The notes under the pieces were generated by a model. That model did no database searches, was not told the origin of the DNA, and was given only the letters and a program-made list of their open reading frames with translations. Both the position numbers and the translations under genes were made by a program. Below, piece by piece: positions 12,113 through 25,340 of a DNA stretch of 64,000 nucleotides. Origin of the DNA: Mytilus edulis. Taxonomy: Eukaryota. Location of the stretch: NCBI RefSeq assembly GCF_963676685.1, contig NC_092344.1, positions 119,040,001 through 119,104,000 of the forward strand. Direction: 5' to 3'. Position 1 is the first letter of the stretch, and the number at the start of each line of letters is the position of its first letter.

Positions 12113-14050
12113 TTGTGCACTCTTGTTAATTGTTTATTTAAGTTTTATAGGCAGGCTATACATTTCAGAGTGTGCAGTCTTGCTAATTGTTTGTTAAAGC
12201 TTTATAAACAGACAACACATTTCAGAATGTGCACTCTTGTTAATTGTTATTCAAGTTTTATAGGAAGGCCATACATTTCAGAGTGTGCAGTCTTGCTAAT
12301 TGTTTGTTAAAGCTTTATAAACAGGCCAAATATTTCAGAATGTGCACTCTTGTTAATTGTTTGTTCTAGCTTTATAGAATGACCACATATTTCAGAGGGT
12401 GCATTCTTGTCAATTGTTTGTGCTAGCTTTATAGGCAGACCACATATTTCAGAATGTATACTCTTTTTGTGTTTGTTCAAGCTTTATATGCAGGCCAAAC
12501 ATTTCAGAAAGTGTACTCTTGTTTGTTTGTTCTAGTTTTATAAGCAATCCACATTTCAGAAAGTATACTCTTGTTGTTTGTTTGTTCTAGTTTTATAAGC
12601 AATCCACATTTCAGAAAGTGTACTCTTGTTTATTTGTTCTAGTTTTATAAGCAATCCACATTTCAGAAAGTGTACTCTTGTTTGTTTGTTTTAGTTTTAT
12701 AAGCAATCCACATTTCAGAAAGTATACTCTTGTTGTTTGTTTGTTCTAGTTTTATAAGCAATCTACATTTCAGAAAGTGTACTCTTGTTTGTTTGTTCTA
12801 GTTTTATAAGCAATCCACATTTCAGAAAGTGCACTCTTGTTGTTTGTTTGTTCTAGTTTTATAAGCAATCCACATTTCAGAAAATGTACTCTTGTTTGTT
12901 TGTTCTAGTTTTATAAGCAATCCACATTTCAGAAAGTGTACTCTTGTTTGTTTGTTCTAGTTTTATAAGCAATCCACATTTCAGAAAGTGCACTCTTGTT
13001 GTTTGTTCTAGTTTTATAAGCAATCCACATTTCAGAAAGTGTACTCTTGTTTATTTGTTCTAGTTTTATAAGCAATCCACATTTCAGAAAGTGTACTCTT
13101 GTTTGTTTGTTTTAGTTTTATAAGCAATCCACATTTCAGAAAGTATACTCTTGTTGTTTGTTTGTTCTAGTTTTATAAGCAATCCACATTTCAGAAAGTG
13201 TACTCTTGTTTGTTTGTTCTAGTTTTATAAGCAATCCACATTTCAGAAAGTGCACTCTTGTTGTTTGTTTGTTCTAGTTTTATAAGCAATCCACATTTCA
13301 GAAAATGTACTCTTGTTTGTTTGTTCTAGTTTTATAAGCAATCCACATTTCAGAAAGTGTACTGTTGTTTGTTTGTTTTAGTTTTATAAGCAATCCACAT
13401 TTCAGAAAGTGTACTCTTGTTTGTTTGTTCTAGTTTTATAAGCAATCCACATTTCAGAAAGTGCACTCTTGTTGTTTGTTCTAGTTTTATAAGCAATCCA
13501 CATTTCAGAAAGTGTACTCTTGTTTGTTTGTTCTAGTTTTATAAGCAATCTACATTTCAGAAAGTGCACTCTTGTTGTTTGTTCTAGTTTTATAAGCAAT
13601 CCACATTTCAGAAAGTGCACTCTTGTTTGTTCTAGTTTTATAAGCAATCCACATTTCAGAAAGTGCACTCTTGTTGTTTGTTTGTTCTAGTTTTATAAGC
13701 AATCCACATTTCAGAGTGTGTACTCTAATTAATTGCCTGTTAAAGCTTTATAGGCATGCCTACCATTTCAGAATATGCACTGTTGTAAAGGAACACTTTT
13801 CAGAGGGAAATGTGAAATAGCTGTTCTAGTTTTGTAGGTAGGTAACACATTTCAAAGTGAGCACTTTTGTTAAATGTTTTTTCTAGCTTTGTAGGCAGGT
13901 AACAATTTTCAAACTGAGCACTTTTTTGGATGGAAATTCTATTTTCATGGGAGGCCAGTAAGGTGACACATTTCAGAGTGTGCACTCTTGTAGCTTTGTA
14001 GGCAGGTGACACATTTTAGAGTGTGCACTAGTTACTAATTGTTTGTTCTA
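12113..14050. repeat. Satellite with a 52-59 bp unit (CACATTTCAGAAAGTGTACTCTTGTTTGTTTGTTCTAGTTTTATAAGCAATC); homogeneous core at about 12500-13715, degenerate flanks
   Basis: Tandem repetition; unit length varies through an internal (GTTT)n tract. Confidence 0.92.
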
Positions 14051-15239
14051 GCTTTGTAGTTAAACAACACAGTCTGCTATTTTCTTGCTGAATTATTCTC
14101 TAGGAAAGCAATTGAGGCAACACAGTTTTCTTGTGTTACTATAATTTTTTGATTGCTTTAGCTTCATTGGCAACAACAACTTTTAGATATCATGTAACAT
14201 AACACATCTCACGTTGTAACATTTCTTAATCTATTTGAGGCCTTGAAAAAAAGACAATCAGTAAAATTGGTGGTTTTATATAAATGTTACTTCAGTTTAA
14301 GCAAAAAGTCTTCGTAATATGGAATATTGCTTCCCACCAGTATATAGATTTGGGTTATATTACAATATGACATATTTTTTACTGCTCCAGTATTTGCAAA
14401 GTTCAAATCAAAAGTCAAAAGTACAGCAAGAAAAGTTTCATTTTTCCTGTGATAAATGTTAATTTTGCACTCATATACTAGTATTCTAATTTAAAGCCTC
14501 TTAAAATTTGTTAAATGACGAATGTTCATGTGAGCATGTCTGATGAAATGAACAATCTGTGTATTGGAATAGTTAAATCTATCACTTGTTACTTTGGTTA
14601 CTGAAATTTGTTAAGCAGCTTGTCAAAATGTTTGATGAAAACTAGGTCATATTTTACTGTAGCAAGTTCATGTTTGTCAGTTAGATATTAAATATGACAA
14701 ACTTTGTCAATAACTGGACCAGATTTATATGATTAAGTTTTGTGTTAATTTCCATATCTTTGTTACCAAGAAAATGACCAGGTATAAACTGACCACATGT
14801 TACAAGTATTGTACGTTGAACGAGCTTTTAAGCTGTTTTGGTCCTTACACATCATAAGCTTTCAAATATTTGACTTTGAGCGTTCCTGACCAAGGTGAAT
14901 CACAAAAGAGCTCTGAATGTATGTTAATAAATATTGTGTTGTTTTCTTTTTTTGATGTAGTACACGATAAATTAATCTCAAAAATATTTTCAAAATACCT
15001 GAGTCACATCACTTATTTGTAAATGAAAGTACATTGTATGCTGGATTTATCTACAATTGAGAATACACTGGCTTTAGATTAATCGATTGTTGCTTGCTTG
15101 GTGGACAGTGGCAAATACTTCATGCTTATTCATGTTTATTGGCTGAAAAAAGAGTATCTGTAGTTAATTTCTACTGATACCAGATCATCTTCTGACACAT
15201 TAAGTTTTGTCTCACTAGAGCACCCATTAATACAGTACC

Positions 15240-17232
15240 CTCACAACAAAGAACACCCACTGATATGATAGCCTCACAAGAGCACCTATTGTTATGATAG
15301 CTTCACAAGAGTACCTATTGTTATGATAGCTTCACAAGAGCACCTATTGTTATGATAGCCTCACAAGAGCACCTATTGTTATGATAGCCTCACAAGAGCA
15401 CCTATTGTTATGATAGCTTCACAAGAGCACCTATTGTTATGATAGCCTCACAAGAGCACCTTTTGTTATGATAGCTTCACAAGAGCACCTATTGTTATGA
15501 TAGCTTCACAAGAGCACCTATTGTTATGATAGCCTCACAAGAGCACCTTTTGTTATGATAGCCTCACAAGAGCACCTATTGTTATGATAGCCTCACAAGA
15601 GCACCTATTGTTATGATAGCCTCACAAGAGCACCTATTGTTATGATAGCCTCACAAGAGCACCTATTGTTATGATAGCCTCACAAGAGCACCTATTGTTA
15701 TGATAGCCTCGCAAGAGCACCTATTGTTATGATAGCCTCGCAAGAGCACCTATTGTTATGATAGCCTCGCAAGAGCACCTATTGTTATGATAGCCTCACA
15801 AGAGCACCTATTGTTATGATAGCCTCACAAGAGCACCTATTGTTATGATAGCTTCACAAGAGCACCTATTGTTATGATAGCCTCACAAGAGCACCAATTG
15901 TTATGATAGCCTCGCAAGAGCACCTATTGTTATGATAGCCTCACAAGAGCACCAATTGTTATGATAGCCTCACAAGAGCACCAATTGTTATGATAGCTTC
16001 GCAAGAGCACCTATTGTTATGATAGCTTCGCAAGAGCACCTATTGTTATGATAGCTTCGCAAGAGCACCTATTGTTATGATAGCCTCACAAGAGCACCTA
16101 TTGTTATGATAGCCTCACAAGAGCACCTATTGTTATGATAGCCTCACAAGAGCACCTATTGTTATGATAGCTTCACAAGAGCACCTTTTGTTATGATAGC
16201 CTCACAAGAGCACCAATTGTTATGATAGCCTCACAAGAGCACCTATTGTTATGATAGCCTCACAAGAGCACCTATTGTTATGATAGCCTCACAAGAGCAC
16301 CTATTGTTATGATAGCCTCACAAGAGCACCTATTGTTATGATAGCCTCGCAAGAGCACCTATTGTTATGATAGCCTCGCAAGAGCACCTATTGTTATGAT
16401 AGCCTCACAAGAGCACCTATTGTTATGATAGCCTCACAAGAGCACCTATTGTTATGATAGCTTCACAAGAGCACCTATTGTTATGATAGCCTCACAAGAG
16501 CACCAATTGTTATGATAGCCTCGCAAGAGCACCTATTGTTATGATAGCCTCACAAGAGCACCAATTGTTATGATAGCCTCACAAGAGCACCAATTGTTAT
16601 GATAGCTTCGCAAGAGCACCTATTGTTATGATAGCTTCGCAAGAGCACCTATTGTTATGATAGCCTCACAAGAGCACCTATTGTTATGATAGCCTCACAA
16701 GAGCACCTATTGTTATGATAGCCTCACAAGAGCACCTATTGTTATGATAGCCTCACAAGAGCACCAATTGTTATGATAGCTTCACAAGAGTACCTATTGA
16801 TATGATAGCCTCACAAGAACACCCACTGATATGATAGCCTCACAAGAGCACCTATTGTTATGATAGCTTCACAAGAGCACCTATTGTTATGATAGCTTCA
16901 CAAGAGCACCTATTGTTATGATAGCCTCACAAGAGCACCTATTGTTATGATAGCTTCACAAGAGCACCTATTGATATGATAGCCTCACAAGAACACCCAC
17001 TGATATGATAGCCTCACAAGAGCACCTATTGTTATGATAGCTTCACAAGAGCACCTATTGTTATGATAGCTTCACAAGAGCACCTATTGTTATGATAGCT
17101 TCACAAGAGCACCTATTGATATGATAGCTTCACAAGAGCACCTATTGATATGATAGCCTCACAAGAACACCCACTGATATGATAGCCTCACAAGAGCACC
17201 TATTGTTATGATAGCTTCACAAGAGCACCAAT
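15240..17232. repeat. 29-bp minisatellite (TATGATAGCCTCACAAGAGCACCTATTGT), about 68 copies
   Basis: Head-to-tail repeats without spacers. Confidence 0.95.
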
Positions 17233-17490
17233 TAATATAAGAGCAAATTCTGATAAAGTGATAGCCTCACAAAGGCAAAAACTGGTAAACTGATAGCATT
17301 ATATAAAGTACTATAAATTAAGATTACAAGAAGCTCAGCTGAAACTATTCTAACATTTTCTCATAATGGAAAACTGAATGATACTTTTTATGATAATAGT
17401 GCAGCTGCTTCCACTACCATGGTCACAGCATGGTACCCTTTTTCATAGAATTTAAGGGATAGTCAATCAAGGAAATTAAACCAAAAGAAG

Positions 17491-17748
17491 ACAAGAATGT
17501 GTCCATAGAAAACAGAATGCCCCACTCACACTATCATTCTCTATGTTCAAAGCCTTAAAATTGGGGTCAAAACTTTAATTTGGCATTAAAATTAGAGAGA
17601 TCATATCATTGGGAACAAGTGTACTAAGTTTCAAGATGATTGAACTTCAACTTCATGAAAAACTACCATGACAAAAAACTTTAACCTGAAGCAGGAAAGA
17701 CAGAGGAACAGACCGAAAAACAGAATGCCCCTTAGTGGGTCATGAAAA
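17491..17748 (-). mobile_element. Short degenerate HINE-like element
   Basis: acaagaatgtgtcc..atgcccc end and atgcccc..gggtcatgaaaa end, same layout as the other HINEs. Confidence 0.4.
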
Positions 17749-19145
17749 CTAAAATTTAATATCATTAAAATAGACATTTATAAAACAAACAATCCGCACA
17801 GTGAAGGGATGCCCAATAAGCTTCTTTCTTATATCTTTATGTAAACAGCTTACTTTTCACTAGTTTGTGCTTGAATAAATAAAAGTTAATTATAACAATT
17901 TTATTATTAATCCTGAGGTATACAGAGGTATTAAATGCAATTTGTGCCTGGGTATCCATAAACAAGTGTAGTATTATAAACTGAGGTATACACTATACAG
18001 ATATTAATTGCATTTTGTGCCTTGGTATCCATAAACATGTGTTGTATTATAAACTTTAACAATCATATATTAACAAACAACAAGTACAAAGAAAGAAATC
18101 AAAAAAATCAATTTAATTAATAGTGCTCAGCTTTTTGTTAAAAAAAATAAATTTGCCTGATTTCCCTGAGATAAAGTTTGAATGCTGTATAAATACCTAT
18201 ACCATTATGGTAATATGGTCCATATATTGTTTTCTTTTATGTTTCTGAATTACATACATTTCTTATTAAATAAGTGCTTTAATATCATTTGAGAGTTCAT
18301 TTAGCGCCAATATTTATAGCTAGATCGTAAACTTATTTTAATATGTCAAACACCTGCAGATAAATTAAAAAGATTTGAAATTAAAAATAAACCAGAAAAT
18401 TGATTGAAATAAATTGTCCATTATACTCCGAGAAAACTTTCTGTGTATCAAAGATCTAAAATATATATTGAAATAGAAGGCAGAGTAGATTTATTGGTTT
18501 CAGTCATGCCGAGGGAGAAATATAAACATTGTGTTTTATCATACATCAAATTTAAAATATTTAGATTTCCACAAAAGAATACTGTTTTCTATGTGAGAAA
18601 TAAAGGCAACAGTAGTATACCGCTGTTCAAAACTCATAAATCCATGAGAAAAATATCTCAACCAAAATTATACATCTGTAGCAAAATTAACCTATACATA
18701 GTGAAAAACAAAATAGTTGTAATGTTACAGATATTCATATTTCCAATTTAGTCTATAATTAATTAAATTCAACAATTCTAGTATAATTTTAACAGGAAAA
18801 AAGGCATATAAATTCATTATAAATATCAATTTTTCTACCTTAAAATTCAGATTTTTTAAAAAATAATTTGAAAATTCCATTGATATATTAAAGTGATAAC
18901 TTTTATATAAATGTGCCATTGAAGAAAGTTTAAATTTACAGTTTTGCTACAAGTCTTTACAAAATGTGTATGCAGAAAATATTGAATCATATTCCATGCA
19001 ATTTCAGCAGTGAAAAAAGATTATCAATCATATCTTGATTCTCATTTGGTAAGGACTGGTTCTGACGGAAAAGTTATTATACCACAATATTTATATACTA
19101 TGTTGTTCAAGGCCATTAGTACATGAATAAATGAAAGTGTATACA

Positions 19146-21089
19146 TTAAATGATCATTTCAAAACTCGTCTCACTTATCCCGTCCTCATCAGACTCAATG
19201 TTACTGGGACATGTGGTACTGATTGTTTCCTGTGGGAACGCACTATCACCAGATTCACTACAATTATACCACGCAGCACTTCTTGGAGTCTCCAACACTA
19301 TTGTATTTGATTCTAAATCATAATTTTCCTCAATAATTTTTTCCTGAGACGATCGTGAGTATGTTTTTGGTCTCTTACGATTAATTTTAAGATGTTTACA
19401 CATGGTACACTGAGTGGAGTCTGATGCTACAGAAATACGACACTTGTTAAGTTTGGCAAGCACTGTAATGGGTAACTGAAAGTCTGACGATGAATGATCG
19501 GTACTGTAACCATCTGAATACCAATCCTCTAAGTTCTGAGCACTAATTGGTCGAAAAGATTGCAGATTTTGAACATTTTCATTGGTAATATTGTCTTTAC
19601 CTTCAATAAGTTTTTCCCAGCTATCAGTGAGTAGCTGAGTCTGACTGGTATTTTCACATGATAATGGATTCACAGTGTCACTCACTTCAGAATCACTTGA
19701 AGACTGATTAATATTTTGTCGACTTGTCATTGATGTTGAATCTGAATCGGAATCAGATAATCCAGATTTGGGTAAAAATCTCTTATGACTGTATGTCCCT
19801 GCTGAATGAAAAGTCACAGATTTTTCACGTTTTGAATGATTTCTGCTTTCTGATGCTGAGTCTGAGCTTGATGATATTTCTTCCCATTCAGACATAGAGT
19901 CGAGTAATGAGTCCTGCATATTTTTATAATAATTTCCCTGATACAAAGCCTTCTGATACTGACTAACCCAGCCAGCACTAAAAGGTCTCTGAAAATATTT
20001 ACTGTGTTTATTGCAAAGACTGAGTTTGCAGTTTATGCAAGAGTCTTGCACACAAACATTGTCTTTTCCATCTGAGAATAACTTTTTGGCGGGAATGTGG
20101 AAGAAGCGATAATACATCATCATTGAGACAATGCCTATGACAAATGTGATACATGCAATGAATATGATAGTATATGTTCTCAACGAATTATCCTCTACTG
20201 CACTTAAATACCACACAATCAAAAGTACAGCATTTTCTAGGAACATAATTGTATAGAATGTAATATATCTCCATTGCGTTCTCTGGCTGTTGAAATTGAT
20301 GTAACAAAATATGTAAATGTAAGCAATGAGTGTGCTAAGGAAAAATCTGTGCACTCGACTGACTCCCACTAATTCGAAAAATCCAAACACAGAGGTAAAA
20401 ATGCACACCATCATTGTTAACCAGTGGAGTAAAATCACAAGAAAAATCCAGGATTTGTATAAAGATGCAAAAACAATTAATGACAAAATTCTGGAAATTA
20501 TTTCTCCAAATCTCCAGATCAGTCGAAAAATTGTTCCAGGAAAAGTTAAGACTGTGCCTTCTGCTATATCAGCTTCATTTTGTCTCCTGTAACTAGCTAC
20601 GGCCCAGGCAATAGCACACATTGTGACAGTTGTAGCAGAAATTATCAGCCAATCAAACGAGTTATATTTCACTATTAAATACACTTGCATTCCAAATATA
20701 GGCAAACTGGCTGAAAATGTATAAAACAGTCTTAATATGCACAAGTCTGCTAGATCACGTTTCTTCCATTTTATTTCATCTTCTGTTATCAAGCGAATGT
20801 GTCGCCATACAAATCCCAGCTGAAACACATGAAGCATGGCTGTCCCAAAAGCTTGAAATGTTGTCAAATGTTCTCCTCTCTTATGGAGCAGAAGTAAAGC
20901 AGACACTAACTGGACTGTTACCATTGGTAATAGCATCAGTCCCAGCATAATTGTAAACCATGTTCTTTTAGTGCTATCATCATATAAATGTATCACAAAC
21001 ATAGCATTTAATACAACTTCACCAATATGGAGTAGTAACGAAAAAACAAGGTAAATCCCAAAACATAAAGTTAAACAGGTGGAGGCCAT
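19146..21089 (-). CDS. XK-related protein (XKR4/6/7-like phospholipid scramblase family), 647 aa, intronless CDS
   Basis: Long ORF with multi-pass TM N-terminal half and XK-family motifs (LHVFQLGFVWR, LRLFYTFSASLP, WRFGEIISRILSLIVFAS, FYTIMFLENAVL, YYRFFH), then a long Ser/acidic cytoplasmic tail. Confidence 0.92.
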   Translation of the reverse strand: MASTCLTLCFGIYLVFSLLLHIGEVVLNAMFVIHLYDDSTKRTWFTIMLGLMLLPMVTVQLVSALLLLHKRGEHLTTFQAFGTAMLHVFQLGFVWRHIRLITEDEIKWKKRDLADLCILRLFYTFSASLPIFGMQVYLIVKYNSFDWLIISATTVTMCAIAWAVASYRRQNEADIAEGTVLTFPGTIFRLIWRFGEIISRILSLIVFASLYKSWIFLVILLHWLTMMVCIFTSVFGFFELVGVSRVHRFFLSTLIAYIYIFCYINFNSQRTQWRYITFYTIMFLENAVLLIVWYLSAVEDNSLRTYTIIFIACITFVIGIVSMMMYYRFFHIPAKKLFSDGKDNVCVQDSCINCKLSLCNKHSKYFQRPFSAGWVSQYQKALYQGNYYKNMQDSLLDSMSEWEEISSSSDSASESRNHSKREKSVTFHSAGTYSHKRFLPKSGLSDSDSDSTSMTSRQNINQSSSDSEVSDTVNPLSCENTSQTQLLTDSWEKLIEGKDNITNENVQNLQSFRPISAQNLEDWYSDGYSTDHSSSDFQLPITVLAKLNKCRISVASDSTQCTMCKHLKINRKRPKTYSRSSQEKIIEENYDLESNTIVLETPRSAAWYNCSESGDSAFPQETISTTCPSNIESDEDGISETSFEMII

Positions 21090-21639
21090 TTTGTTGTTTC
21101 AATTAATATTTGCTCGATCAAAACGTATTAATGATTCATCTGTTGATTACTATAGATTTAAATGGTATAATCTCTGGCTTAGCACGTATTTGTTGTTTCC
21201 GTCTTACTAAATTGTCAATCTACATGTGAATATTATCAGATTCAATCTTTATTTATTAACACCAGTTCAGTCAGAAAGATTTCACAGATCCCATCTCAAA
21301 GAATCACTAAATAATTCGACCATTTTATACATTCCATAAAACTACATCTATTCACAAGTTTGATCCGAACCTGTCGTTTATGGCTCTATGGTCACACACA
21401 TTCATCAAGAGAGTGAAGTTACTGATCCGTGCTTAACTTGTGTCCCAATGGAGTCTGACCTCTTTTCAAATCTTTTCTTTTCAATTCAAAAGATTTCTAA
21501 ATCGAAACGGATGTAGATTTAAACAATTTTGTTAAGATCATGATTTAGTTTCTGATGGTGATGAAATAATTTTTTCCATTTTTCTTTCAGTGTGGCTGTA
21601 TTAGTATCAATATCTCATCTCCTTTGATGCTTCAACTAC
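21090..21639 (-). other. Probable 5' UTR part of the XKR coding exon
   Basis: Minus-strand acceptor tgttttctcatttaAG at 21641-21640; no long ORF, many upstream ATGs. Confidence 0.45.
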
Positions 21640-24349
21640 CTTAAATGAGAAAACAATATAGATATTATCATAGTATAGATTATATCTAAACGGCCTATAT
21701 CGCGTTAAATGTGGAAGAAGGTTACAATCTTTAAATTATACATCATAACAATAGATACAACAAAGAAATCTAAAAAAAATATTTCCATTCCTTCAAATAT
21801 ACTTGCAGTAAGGGGAATTAACTCTTCAAAAGAAGATTATCCATTTAAGATGTACAAAGTTGAGAAATTATTGAATAAACTACGACATATTTCTGTTCAT
21901 TTATCAAAATTTCACTACTAACATTATTTAGTGTTTCTTCTGAACATTTAAATATGCAATCCCTTCATTGTGCGTATTGTCAATTATGATTATTAGGCAG
22001 GAACAATAGATTTTTCTACAATAATATCCTTAATATATAGTTGCAACAATTTTAAAGAAATACAATAGCTGTTTTGAAAACAAATTTGAATAAAACTTTG
22101 ACACAATAGATCAATATAGTTGCCGTACCATTCTTATTTTAAGATTTAATGGTGTAAAAGAATGTCAATGAGATTTTATTTGATAATCAATGGTATACAG
22201 AACAAAGGAATAGAAACTTATTTTCTTTTGTCAAAGTGTCCTTACAACATACTAAAACATGTTACTATCACAAACTTTTATAAAAAACTTTATTAACAAT
22301 GTTATTTGTACAGTTTTTTTCCAATTGATATCCCAGTAATTAAGGGGTTTGAGTGCATATTAATTTTTTGCATGTACAGAAACATGTCATACACATTATT
22401 AATAAGTAATTCATGAGTTTACTGTTCAGAAGACAATGGATATAAAGTAAAAAATCACTGACATTTTCCCGAACAAACCATTCCATAAAAACCAGCATTG
22501 TATTTACTTTGCTTTATGAACATAAGAAATTACATAAACATCTACATAATGCTACTAAAATATAAATAATATAACATTTATATGCAGAAAATAAGATAAC
22601 AATGAATGTTCAAATAGGGAAAATAATGTAAAATATGTATGACTACTATTAGCTTATTATTTATGACAGAAATGAACTGCTTAATCATAATTATACATTT
22701 TTACCTGGTAATGACAGGTACTGAATTAATGACATATTTGTTCATAGGTAAAAAAAGTAAAATTATGTTTGCACAAAGTGTCAGATATATTAAAAGTTTG
22801 TGTCAAATTCCTAAATTCTTATATTACTACTTTGAATATAAATTCTTTATTCAAAAAGCAATACAGCTTTTAGCTTCAAGTACAATAAATCCTATAGTAT
22901 AATTTGATAAATATGTTTTTAAAAAATGGTAAATTATCAAATTATTTGTATGACTCAAATAAAATGTATATACTTTACAGTTTACACAGTAGTTAATGTT
23001 ACAAAAATCCTAGCCCAATGGAAATTCCTCTGATTATTTTTTGTTTAAGTTCAAGAACTGTCCAAAAAAAAAGTAAAAAAGGTAAAAAAAGTAAAAAAAG
23101 GTAATTCTTAAGTTTTTACTACCATGCATCATCACATATTACAAATATTTATTAACCAGACTACCAGAGGCAATTTTCATTTTCTGAATTTTTGTCATTT
23201 CCAGCTAATATTTCACTTCATAAATTAAACTTTAAATTTGTACAAAAATGAACAAAACGAGAATCATTATAAATATTGTGACAGTACTCACATTTCTTTA
23301 TTGTGTGCCATTATTTCCCATTCTTGTAGAAAATTGGAAATTGAACTATTAATATTTTAACAGTTAACAAAAATGTCATCTGAACAATAGTTTCGAACTT
23401 TGACACAGCAATACAATTTGCTTTTTCACCACAAAAACATCCTTTTTGAATCAATTATTTTTTTAACAATGAATTTTCCCTCCACTTGTTGGTCAATGTT
23501 AAAGGGCCTGACTACCTGTTGATATGAAGTGTGAAGAAATCTGTAACAAACACAGATTTACCTGTAAACAGCTTTCCATGTGATAGAATAAATTACTTAT
23601 TAAACCCATATTAAACTGTTAAGTCTTGCAATGGCTTCACAAGAGTAAACATTCACAATGGAAAATTATCATATTAAAAAAAAAACAAGTTGTTACACTG
23701 CAATTCAGGCATTGAATTTTTTTTTTTTATTAATACCACTATGAAATTAAAAAACATAGTTCTTTGGCCCCAAGGGTCACGATGAATCAAATAATCTAAT
23801 TTTTAACTGACGAATTGGTTAAAATTGACATATCAGCCGTAAAATCTCTGATCTTTGTCATACAAATCAATTAATTATTACCCAAAGTTATATAAAATAT
23901 GCACTGACATATTCAAAACTATTTGGATAAGAAATTCCGTTTACACCTTGTAAGTTTTCTTAGGTAACATTCATTGTTCATAATCTCCTATGCTATCTTC
24001 ATTCTTTTTCATGCAGTTTTAAAATCTAATATCAGAGAGCACTTCTTACATAGTGATACTGCATTCTGCTTTGGTATAGAAAGGTACAAGCTCTATTTAA
24101 ACCTGGTCATAGGAAATTAATATGGTTATGACAGAAGAATTTCTTGTTCAGGGGAAAAAACATCACATAAACTATGTTGAAGAAAAAGCAAGGACATTTA
24201 AATTGCCATGAAACCAAATCTATAAATAAATTTTTCCTTATTAAAACCCAACATATCCCTATAAAAATCTTATCCAGTACTAAACTCTCGCATAAGTCCT
24301 TACATAGATCTTATACAAAACTAAAACCATATTCTACATTGCAACCATT

Positions 24350-25340
24350 TTCTAACATAAATCTTATACCCCACTAAAACCATATCCCACAATGATACCA
24401 TATGATGATATACCAACATAAATGTTATCATATACTAGAACCATATCCTATAATGGAACCATATCCTATATTGGAAACATATCCTATATTGGAACCATAT
24501 CCTATATTGGAACCATATCCTTTATTAGAACCATATCCTATATTGGAACCATATCCTATATTGGAAACATATCCTATATTGGAAACATATCCTATATTAG
24601 AACCATATCCTATATTGGAACCATATCCTATATTGGACCCATATCCTATATTGGAAACATATCCTATATTAGAACCATATCCTATATTGGAACCATATCC
24701 TATATTGGAACCATATCCTATAATGGAACCATATCCTATATTGGAACCATATCCTATATTAGAACCATATCCTATATTGGAACCATATCCTATATCGGAA
24801 CCATATCCTATATTAGAACCATAATCTATATTGGAACCATATCCTTGGAACCATATCCTATATTGGAACCATATGCTATATTAGAACCATATCCTATATT
24901 GGAACCATATCCTATATTTCAACCATATCCTTGGAACCATATCCTATATTGGAACCATATCCTATATTGGAACCATATCCTATATTGGAACCATATCCTA
25001 TATTAGAACCATATCCTATATTGGAACCATATCCTATATTGGAACCATATCCTATATTGGAACCATATCCTATATTAGAACCATATCCTATATTGGAACC
25101 ATATCCTATATTAGAACCATATCCTATATTGGAACCATATCCTATATTAGAACCATATCCTAACATAAATCTTTTCCTATACTGAAACCATATCCTATTT
25201 TGAAACATATTCTAACATTGATATTATCCTATACTGAAACCATATCCTATTTTGAAACATATTCTAACATTGATACATGTATTATCCTATACTAAAACCA
25301 TATCCTACATAAATGTTATATAAAATCAACACCATATCCT
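24350..25340. repeat. 18-bp minisatellite (GGAACCATATCCTATATT)
   Basis: Tandem repetition; generates the LEPYPI, GTISYI and GYGSNI pseudo-ORFs. Confidence 0.95.

Noticed and set aside
15240-17232. 29-bp repeats of CRISPR-like length
   Set aside because: Head-to-tail with no unique spacers, no cas genes, eukaryotic context
24402-25208. Repetitive ORFs (LEPYPI)n, (GTISYI)n and (GYGSNI)n resembling mussel adhesive or shell proteins
   Set aside because: An 18-bp minisatellite is open in several frames on both strands, with frameshifting deletions, no signal peptide and no supporting splice structure
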